From Dictyostelium discoideum (Eukaryota): a stretch of 64,000 nt of DNA. The notes beneath the pieces are model-generated. The model saw only the letters and a program-made list of their open reading frames with translations. It was not told the origin of the DNA and ran no database searches. Location: positions 3,680,001 to 3,744,000 of the forward strand of contig CM000153.2 in NCBI GenBank assembly GCA_000004695.1. The letters are read 5' to 3'. Positions 40,796 to 50,679 of the stretch are shown here, in pieces. Each line of letters begins with the position of its first letter. The stretch's first letter is position 1. The position numbers and the translations under genes are program-made.

Positions 40796-43358
40796 GATCT
40801 ATAAGTTACTAATTAAATATTATATTTATTTAATTTTTTAATAGTCAAAATATGAACAAACTAAAATTCAATTAAGTTCAATACCAAATTATTTTAGAGA
40901 ACAAATTTTAATTGAGGATTTATTATCAACAATGATTGGAATTGAAGGAGAATGTATACATATAGGAGTTGTACAAGAGAATGAAGATGATTCATTACAG
41001 AGTAATTTAGTTAGTTTTGTAGTTGAAGGAGAGGTTGACCCAAGTAATAATGATTTAGTTCAAAGGATTCTACCATTATGTTCATATTATTCATTCGTTA
41101 ATGATTTCATTCAAATTCGATATGCCTATGAATGGGGTATAATCAATCATTCATTATGTTTTTCAATCGATCAACTATTGAAAGAGTATTTAGTATTGGT
41201 ATCACAATTGGAAGGTCAATTAAAATCAGAGAGATTAAGTTTACAAAGAATGTGGTTCTATTTACAACCAACCATCAAAACATTTGAAATACTTTATAGA
41301 GTGACCTCGGAAATTATGAGATGCAATAGTCATGGTGTTCAAGTGATTAATTTACTCTTAAAGCTACAATCGAAATATTCAAGTGATAAGAAAACCGATG
41401 ATCTATTTCATTATCTCATTAAAGCTACAACTTTACCTTTCTTGGAGATGTTGGACCTTTGGATTCATCAAGGTATAATTAGAGATACCTATTTCGAATT
41501 CATGATTGAAGAGAATACAGATTTAAAACGTGACAATATCAATAGGGATTTTAATGATCTCTATTGGGAACAACGTTATCAAATTCGTCAAGATCAAATT
41601 CCAAAATATTTACAATCACATGCTTTAAAAATTTTAACAACTGGTAAATATTTAAATGTTGTTAGAGAATGTAATCAATCAATTTCACAACAACAACAAC
41701 ATAATAAATCTGACAATAATAATAATAATAATAATAATGTAAAATTAAACAGTCAACAACAATTATTATTATTAAAATTAAATACAACTCAACAACAACA
41801 ACAACAACAACTTTCAAGTACATCAGCATCAATGATACCAACAACAATTATTGAATATTCAAAGAATGAAAATGTTTATATTGATAAGATTGAAAAAGCA
41901 TATGATTATGCAAGTGGTATATTATTAAATTTATTAATTAATGAAAGACATTTAATCTCAAGATTAAAAGCTATTAAACATTATTTCCTCTTATGCAAAG
42001 GTGATTTCTTTTCTCACTTTATGGATACCACTTATGATGAATTAAAGAAACCATTGGATCAAATTAATATGGTTAAAATGAATTCATTACTTCAACTCTC
42101 ATTAAGAACTTCTTCAATATCTGAAGAGGATGAATTTAAAGATGATTTAGAATGTGAATTCATTCCATATAAATTGGTTGATCAATTATTAAATATTATT
42201 AACATTAATAATTTTAATAATCCAACAACTACAACTACTACAAATACTTCTTCAAATAATATAACAGCGACTACAAATACTTCTTCAAATAATACAACTA
42301 TAAATACAACAGTTAATACAACACTAATTCAATCAACATCAGCACATGAAGTTTTAAAAACTAATAAATTATTTGGTATTGAATCTTTGGCATTTAATTA
42401 TAATGTTGGTTGGCCATTATCTTTAATTATTAGTAGAAAATCTTTAATAAAATATCAAATCATATTCAGACATTTATTCCTTTGCAAACATGTTGAAAAG
42501 GTTTTGGTTGATACTTGGAGTCAACATCAATTTAGAAGGTCATCCTATAATAAACCTGGTCTTTCAACTTTATTATCCTTTACTCATTTACTTAGACATC
42601 GTATGATTCATTTCTTACAAAATTTAGAATATTATATGATGTTAGAAGTTTTAGAACCAAATTGGAATAAAATGAAAAACTCAATTAAAACTGTAAGTTT
42701 TTAATTACATATATTTATAATATAATTTAAAAAAAAAAAAAAAAAATTATTAATTATCTTTTTTTTTTTTTTAATTAGTCAAAAACTGTTGATGATGTAA
42801 TTAGGATTCATAATGATTTTTTGGAAACTTGTTTAACAGAATGTATGCTTACTGATACTAAATTAGTTAATGTATGTTTTATTATTATTTTTATTATTAT
42901 CTTTAGATTAAATTAATTTACTAATTTTCTTTTTTTTTTTTATTTTTTTTTTATAGATTTTAATGAAATTCATGTCACTTTGTATTACTTTTGCAAACTT
43001 TACAAATGAAATGATGCAGGATGAAAAGAACATTGATACAGAACAAATTAAAAAGACAATTAGTAGTTCAGAAAATAAATTCCATGCCATTCTTAAAGTA
43101 TTAATGGATACATTGAAATCATTTTCAAAGACTGAATCAAATAGACATATGATTCATTTAATTCATAGATTGGATTATAATGGTTATTATTCACATTATT
43201 TTGAAAATAATCCAAATTTATTTAAGAATAAGACTTCTTCATCAAGTAATAAATCTAATAATGTATCACCACCTTTAGAACCAAGATTTTCATACCAACA
43301 ACAACAGCAACAACAGCAACAACAGCAACAACAACAGCAGCAGCAGCAACAACAGCAG

Positions 43359-43417
<59 letters not shown>

Positions 43418-43808
43418 GCAACAACAACAACAGCAACAACAGCAACAGAAACAAAACCAAATACAACAACAGAAACAAAATCAAATACAGCAGCAACAAC
43501 AACAAAGTAGGGGTAGTACATTACCAAGTAATTTTTCATTTCAAACAGCACTTCAACAACAAATAAATACAACATCAGCTACAACCACAACATCGAATCA
43601 ATCACCACACACATTAATTGATGATTTAAAGAAAAGAGCTTATGGAATACTTGATAGTAATAATACGAAAAAAACTTTAGAAAGAACTAGCTCATCGCCA
43701 GCTTTAGATAACCAAAGTAATAGTTTACCAATGACTCAATCAATTTCACAGTATGCCGAAAAATTAAAAAATTTAAGGGCAGTTATTAAAAATGATGAAT
43801 TAAAATAA
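39511..43808 (+). CDS. spc97: Gamma-tubulin complex component 2 (GCP2/Spc97) with a long low-complexity N-terminal extension. Exons: 39511..40725, 40845..42692, 42779..42871, 42957..43808.
   Basis: Exon 2 reads ...[18 protein letters not shown]...[19 protein letters not shown]...[28 protein letters not shown]...[12 protein letters not shown]...[28 protein letters not shown]...[41 protein letters not shown]. This is nearly collinear with human GCP2 (...HRILPVAASYSAVTRFIEE...LKEHLILVSQLEQ...SLQKLWFYIQPA...YFEVLEKWIYRGIIHDPYSEFMVEEH...[16 protein letters not shown]). All junctions are phase 0 with GTATGT/GTAAGT donors. Exon 4 carries a (CAA/CAG)n poly-Q. Confidence 0.85.
43296..43500 (+). repeat. 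(CAA/CAG)n array encoding about 60 Gln in the last exon of the GCP2-like gene.
   Basis: Direct reading. Confidence 0.9.
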
Positions 43809-43882
43809 TTAAAGATTTATACAATTTAAAAAACCAAAAAAAAAAAAAAAAAAAAAAACCCAAATTCTTTTTGTTTTATTAC

Positions 43883-43939
<57 letters not shown>

Positions 43940-44069
43940 CATATAATGAGGTGTTATTCTTTTCTTTTTAGATTGAGTATTATTATTTTTAAATAAAGAA
44001 ATTGAAAAAAAAAAAGAGATTTAAGAAATAATTTTTTTTATTTTTTTTTTTTATTATTATTATTTATTA

Positions 44070-45418
44070 TTAAAATTCCATTGGATCTTGAATTGTTAAA
44101 TTATATTTTAATTTCATTTGATTTACATGATTTTTAAATATTTTTTTAAATTTGTTAAATAATTTTGGATCATTAATTAATTGATCAACTGTTGGAACTT
44201 GATTTGGATTAAATTTATAAATTTCATTAATATCCAAAGGAACACAAAGTTTCTTTGTATCAGGGTGTATACAGAATGGAGATTTCAAAAGATGATCAAG
44301 ACCAATCGTTACTGGTTCATCAATTCTTGGCATTGTATAATGGAAAACTAAATTGTAGAGATGTTCCTTTAAATTATTATCTTCGAGATAAGATTTAACA
44401 GCGAACCAAATTTCAGAGTTTGATAAATTTTCATCTTGAATTTCTTTTAATTTCTTTTCAATATCTTCAGATGGCGTTAAAGTGATTTTTCTATCTTGTC
44501 TCTTGTAAGAGATTGGTAATAATGATAAAAAGTTTTTACGTTGTTTTTCATTGGTGAAAATTTGTTGTTCCTCTATAATGCATTTTTCAAAGTGTGGTAA
44601 TAGAATTTGGTCGAATGAACGTTTAAGAATTGGGATTTGATTTTGAGATAACTCAACTCTGATATGATTTAAAATTGAAGCACGATTCTCTCTTGTTAGA
44701 TGTTGTGCGGCTCTATCCGACACCCAAATGTGTAAACCACGACGACCACTAAAAACGTACATTATCTGTTGGAAACCAAAACATTCCCTAAGATAATTAT
44801 CTATAAACTCTGCTGAAACTGCTAAAAATCCCCAACACTTTTCACATAGTGATGTTGATGAACAACAAACACGAATTGGATTATAATCATCAACATCAAT
44901 ATCGAATACCAATTCCTTTGACACTGGTTGGTAATCTGAAACTGTTGCCTTTTTAGATGGTTCCCAACTACAGATGGGTCCAATATCTAATCTCTCTGGT
45001 ACTTCATATACACCATCAATATTTTGTCTACCTTTTAAAAATTCTTTTAAATCTTCAACTCTATTGAATGATTTATTACGAATAACAAATGATGAAGATA
45101 CTTTATTGATCCTTACTGAAAATTCTCTTCTTTCAAATGCTCTCTTTTTATCTTCTTCTTTTTCATTTATACTATTTATTGTTAACCAATCATATAATAA
45201 ATCAAATGGAAATAATTTATCTTTTTTTTTTTTTTTTTTTTTATTATTTATTTAAAAATAATAATAAAAATTTTAATATTAGTTTTAATGTATTAAATTT
45301 TTAATTAAAAAAAATAAAATAAAATAAAATAATTATTACCATAATATTCTCTTAATTGTAATACATCTTGTCTTGAGATTTCATTTGAAAAATCTATATC
45401 AATTTCATCTTCCATCAT
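44070..45418 (-). CDS. prim1: DNA primase small (catalytic) subunit, PriS/PRIM1. Exons: 45418..45340 and 45220..44070.
   Basis: KELVFDIDVDDYNPIRVCCSSTSLCEKCWGFL...YVFSGRRGLHIWVSD...GLDHLLKSPFCIHPDTKKLCVPLD matches eukaryotic p49 ([28 protein letters not shown]...WVYSGRRGVHCWVCD...INHLLKSPFSVHPKTGRISVPID). The 5' exon (MMEDEIDIDFSNEISRQDVLQLREYY) joins through GTAATA..(A)nAG in phase 1. Confidence 0.85.
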
Positions 45419-45564
45419 TATATTATTATTGATTGTTGTTATTATTGTTGTACAATTAGTTTATAAAAAAATAAAAATAAAAATGAAAATGAAAAAACTA
45501 ATTTTTTGAAAATGGCGGGAGAAACAAAGATTTTTTTTTTTTTTTTAAATTTTTTTTTTTTTTT

Positions 45565-45597
<33 letters not shown>

Positions 45598-45622
45598 ATC
45601 ATAAAATAAAAGCAAACAAAAA

Positions 45623-46100
45623 ATGGTAAAAGATATTTATAATTTACTGGGTTAGTGATTTAAACTTCTAATATTATTAACACATAGTTTTGTTTTTATA
45701 TATATATAGAATGTCGAATTAGAAGAATCATTTAAAAAAATCCAATCACATAAAGGTGTTGTTGGTGTATTAATTATAAATAAACAAGGATCAGTTATAA
45801 AATCAACATTTGATCAAGAAGTTAGTTTAAGTTATTCAAAAGTTATTTTAGATATGTTTCCAAAAGCACATGACCTTTTAAAAGTTAATGATAATAATGT
45901 ATGTTATGGAAAAGATGGGAAATGAAAAAAAAAAAAAAAAGAATAAAAAAGATCAATTTATAAACTTATAGATTACTAATTTCAATTCATTTATATAGGA
46001 CGAGTTATCATTTTTTAGGGTTAGATCAAAAGATAATGATATCATGGTAACACCAGATAAAGATTTCTTTTTAATGGTTGTAAATAAAATAAATAAATAA
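45623..46100 (+). CDS. Roadblock/LC7 dynein light chain (DYNLRB family). Exons: 45623..45625 (ATG only), 45710..45898, 45999..46100.
   Basis: The spliced product [94 protein letters not shown] resembles human DYNLRB1 ([36 protein letters not shown]...[30 protein letters not shown]). The first exon is only the ATG, followed by GTAAAAG. Confidence 0.8.
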
Positions 46101-46154
46101 AGTAATAATATTGTATAAATTGAAAATATATTTAATGAAACTATAATCAACTAC

Positions 46155-46191
<37 letters not shown>

Positions 46192-46533
46192 CAAAAAAAA
46201 GAGTATAATGATATATTGATAAAATACAATCAATAAATAATTAAAATTAAAATTCAATTTTATAATCAAATAAAGGAGGTTTTTTTACTTTAATTTATCT
46301 TTATTTTAATTTTGTTCTCTTCTTTTTTTTTTAAATAAATAACTATACATTTTGGGGAAAGGTATTTTTTTTTTTTTTTTTTTTCTTTATTTTTTTTTTA
46401 TAAATTTATAAATTTTTGAACATATCAGCAATTTCAACTAGAGTTAGGATAATTAAAAAATAATAATAATAATAATATTAGTAATTAATAATCATTTTAA
46501 ATAATGATTAATATTATTTATAAATTTAAATTA

Positions 46534-47246
46534 TTATTTACCTTTTTCATCATGTAAATCTTGATCTTCATATTCATCTTGAATTGTAAAAGTATTTGCT
46601 TGACCATCAATACTTTCAATAGTATTTTCATTATCAATGATATCATGTCTAGTTCCATTGTTATTGTTGGTATTATTTTTGTGACCTCTATGACTTAGAC
46701 CATCAATGGATTCTAATCCTATATCATCATCTTGATCAGCCAATTCAGAGTAGGCAAACTTTTGATTATTTGCATTTGGTTTCCAAATCCAACAAATTGA
46801 AACTAAAACTACAAAGTAACTTACACCCCAAGATACTTCTACGACCCAACTGGTTTGAGCAGAATATTCATAAGAGGTTGCCCAAGTGACAATAATCTCT
46901 GCCATAAGAATAATGAATGAACAAACTGCGCTACCTAATAATACCCAAATGAATGATCTAAACATTAACAATTTGGCTGTTTGATTCTTTGTTTGTAAAT
47001 TATTCATAATCTCTGTCAATGATGTTAAAATCCACCAATAAAATACTGTATCCAATACTGAAACTGGTAATGTTAAATAAATGAAAGATATTTGTGTACT
47101 ATTAGTTTGAGTTGGTGAATTATATACATAATTTTGTGCTCCTTTAATTAATAAATAAACTACTGTTATAACTGATAATTTGATAATTGTTGGTTTTGGT
47201 AATCTTGGTCTAAAAAAATAAATAAATAAATAAATTGATATATATA

Positions 47247-47322
<76 letters not shown>

Positions 47323-48650
47323 GTATTTTAACTTTTATATTATTGTTTGTTGTAATAATAAAATATAAGATATACATACACCATTACACCATAACCTAAT
47401 GAAACTAAAACAACTAATGATCTTGCAAAACCACTCTTTAAAGTACCAAATAAAGTAACGAAAAATACACCAGCATTTGAGAAATGACCAATTTTATTGA
47501 TTGAACTAAGGGTGAAATAATTTGTTAAAGATTCTAAGAAACCTAATAAAATAACTAAACTAATCCAATATTGGATTCTGAGTGCTGTATCTTTAAATTT
47601 GAGAAATAAAACTGCCCACATTATAAATAATCCAACATAAAATGCTGATAATATTAAATTAAACTACATATATAGTAAAAGTTGTATTGTTGTTGGTTGT
47701 CATGTTAATAAAACTATAATTATTAATATTAAGGAATATTAATATATATATATATATATATAATACATACATATAAGAATGGATATTTATCACCAGTTAA
47801 ATAACCATATGGATTCATAAAGATTAAATCAGCATCAACAGTGAAAGGAGAATCAATATTTGTTGAAGCAGGTTTACAAGTTGTAACGATTAAACTATAT
47901 AAACCAGTTTGATCAATTGGTATTGTTATTGAGATTGGGAATGATTGTAATTTTGGTACGATTGTAATACCATAAACATGAGAACCATCAGTATTATCAC
48001 TGCCACCATCACCAGTACTTGTTTTATGATTGATTATTAATGTGTAGTTCTTATTGGTGTCATCAGTGGTATATGTTGAATCTTGTATGAAAACAGTACC
48101 ATATTCGCATTGTTTACTCTTTGATAATTCAAGTGTACAACATACAGTGCCACTTACATCACCTATATATTTAACTTCATTCATTCTATATAATAAGAAA
48201 TTAATGTATGGTTCATTTGAATTACCATTACTATTATTGTTATTGTTATTATTATTATTACTATTACTATTATTATCATCACTATTTGGTGGAATAAATG
48301 CTTCGCTATTAATTGTAATGTAACCATTCATTCCTGCATAAGGTTTTCCATCTCCTGGTGATGTATGTGGGACACTACTCTTATTTGAATATACAAATGA
48401 TGTTGCTGAACTCTTGATTTTTATTTATTTTTTTATTTTATTTTTTTATTTTGTAGGTATTTTAAAAATGTAAGTATGAATGAATAACTAAAAATTGTTT
48501 TTTTTTTATTTTATTTTTTTTATTTATTTTTTTTTTTTTTATTACATACATATTGATCAAAAACACCATTGTTTATAATAGGAAATATACTAGACTCAAC
48601 ATTTCTATTTAAAAATAATATAAATATTATTACAAATAGAAATTGAGATA
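46534..48650 (-). CDS. Lung-seven-transmembrane-receptor family protein (GPR107/GPR108/TMEM87-like). Four exons, approximately 48650..48540, 48412..47771, ~47660..47377 and ~47205..46534.
   Basis: Signal peptide MKNLSQFLFVIIFILFLN. A lumenal domain ...MNPYGYLTGDKYPFLY. 7TM segments (MWAVLFLKFKDTALRIQYWISLVILLGF.., ..VLDTVFYWWILTSLTEIMNNL..). An acidic C-terminal tail. The exons join in frame through GTATGT donors. Confidence 0.7.
47251..47320 (+). repeat. (ATT)n microsatellite in an intron of the 7TM gene.
   Basis: Direct reading. Confidence 0.85.
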
Positions 48651-49304
48651 AATTTTTCATTTTTATTTATTTTATTCTTTATTGTGTGTGGACGTTTCAC
48701 TTTTTTTTTTTTTTTTATTTTTTTTTCTTAAAAAAACAACACCTTTAAAAAATAAAAAAATTTAAAAAAAAATAAAATTTTTAAAATTTAAGTGATTTGA
48801 CTTTAATTCGAACAAAAAGAATAAAAATGAAAACGATTCTTGAATTAAAAATAAAAAAATAAAAAATAAAAAATAAAAAATAAAAAATAAAAAATAAAAA
48901 ATAAAGCAAAGATACCTCAAATTATCTGCTTTAAAAAGATAATAAAAAAATCATAAAAAATAAAAAGAATATAAATATTTAAAACCTTTTAAAGTAGTTG
49001 TATGGTGATAATAATTCATTGATTTCATATTTTCAACTTGCGAACCAAATTGATATTCTAAAAATTCACCATAAAAAGTTTCATAATCAATTGTTTAAAT
49101 ATTGAATGTTTAAAACATTCATCATAAAATTCTCTATGATTGGATTTAAAATTTTCAAGTAATTCAATTCTTTCAGTTTTTACCAATCTTTTGATAATAT
49201 TATGTAAAGGTGTTGTTTTCTATAAAAGGTCAATATTTTACATAATCAAAAAAATCAATTGAAAAAAGACTTTCCAAAGAAAACACACAAAAAAGTAAAT
49301 AATG

Positions 49305-49337
<33 letters not shown>

Positions 49338-49523
49338 GAATCATCATATTTTAATAGTATACACACAAATAATATGAAAGTTTTTTAAGTAAAAACCAAA
49401 GGGAAAAAAAAATAGTGATAAAATATACTTTTTTATAAACCCAAAATATTTTAATTTTAAAATTATTATTTGTTTTTTAAAATAATTAAAATTGAATATT
49501 TATTTTAAAAAAAATTAATAAGT

Positions 49524-49715
49524 TCAGAGTACTTTAATTCCACAAGAACGCAAACAAATACTTGATTTGACTCCGTTAACTATTGGACATTTTGCTGCAC
49601 ATTCAGTTTTAGGGTCACTTGCTGCTAAATTTTCAAAATTGTAATTTTCTTCAGCATTTCCATTTGAATGAACAATAATGATAATTAAAAAAAATAAAAA
49701 TGTTAAATTTGAAAT

Positions 49716-49762
<47 letters not shown>

Positions 49763-49766
49763 ACAA
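49524..49766 (-). CDS. Possible small secreted Cys-containing peptide (...TISNLTFLFFLIIIIVHSNGNAEENYNFENLAASDPKTECAAKCPIVNGVKSSICLRSCGIKVL). The true start is uncertain.
   Basis: The ORF has four Cys and a signal-like hydrophobic stretch. The poly-K N-terminus in the track is a poly(T)-tract artefact. Confidence 0.2.
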
Positions 49767-50679
49767 TTAAATAAAATTGGAGGAAAATTCCTACATTTTG
49801 TTTTTATCTTTGAAACAAAAATTTTTATTTTTGGATCCTCTTGCAAGTGAATTCAATAATTTCTAATTTAAAAAAAAAATTAAAGTTTAGGTATTATCTT
49901 TATTTATAAAATAATAATTTGTTCTGTGTTATAATTAGAAAAAAAAAAAAATGTAATTAAAAAAAGAAAAAAAATAAATAATAATAAATTAAGATTTAAA
50001 AAACTCCCTTGGAAAAAAAAATAAAAAATAAAAAAAATAAAAAAGTTAAAAAAAAAAAAAAAAACTTTTACTCTTTTCTTTTTTTTTTATAAATTACAAA
50101 AAAATTAATTATATTATTCGAAAATCGATTTGTTGATTTTTTTCAAAATCACAATTATTTGCAGACAATCACAGCTTCACTTAAAGAAATTATTATAAAA
50201 ACTTCAAAAAATAATTCGAAAAAAAAAAAAATAAAAAAAAAAAAAAAAGATATTTTTAGCACAACTATTTTTATTTTTTTTTTTAATTTTTTTTTTTTTA
50301 ATCAATTTCGGTTGTAACCAAATTTTATTCATGTTAATTAATTAGTAATAAATTTTTTCCAAATTGTTTTTTTTTTTTTTTTTTTTCTTTTCCTAACAAC
50401 CACTCAAATCTAAAAAAAAAAAAAAAAATTTCAATCACTTTTGTTCAGTTAGTTATTAACTTTGTTTGTAATTTTAATTATATTGTATTTGTATATTTGT
50501 TTTTTTACAACTTTTAAAAAAAAATAAAAATAAAAAAATAAAAAATAAAAAAAATAAAAACAGTTACTGTTGTAAAATTGTAGTTTTATAGAATATATCT
50601 TAAAAAAAAAAAAAAGGAAAAAACAAATAATTGTATAACAAAAAAAAAAAAAAAGAAAAAAAAAATTATATAAAAAAAA

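Noticed and set aside
43255-43575. Antisense poly-A/V and poly-L ORFs opposite the GCP2 poly-Q tract.
   Set aside because: They are antisense or other-frame readings of (CAG/CAA)n.
45711-45722. ATG at 45711 as the start of the roadblock gene.
   Set aside because: It is out of frame with the conserved domain and followed immediately by TAG. The 3-nt ATG exon at 45623 plus the acceptor at 45709 gives the correct frame.
49700-49766. A (K)16 N-terminus for the small ORF at 49524..49766.
   Set aside because: It is produced by a 45-nt poly(T) tract. It is implausible as coding and the real start, if any, is unknown.
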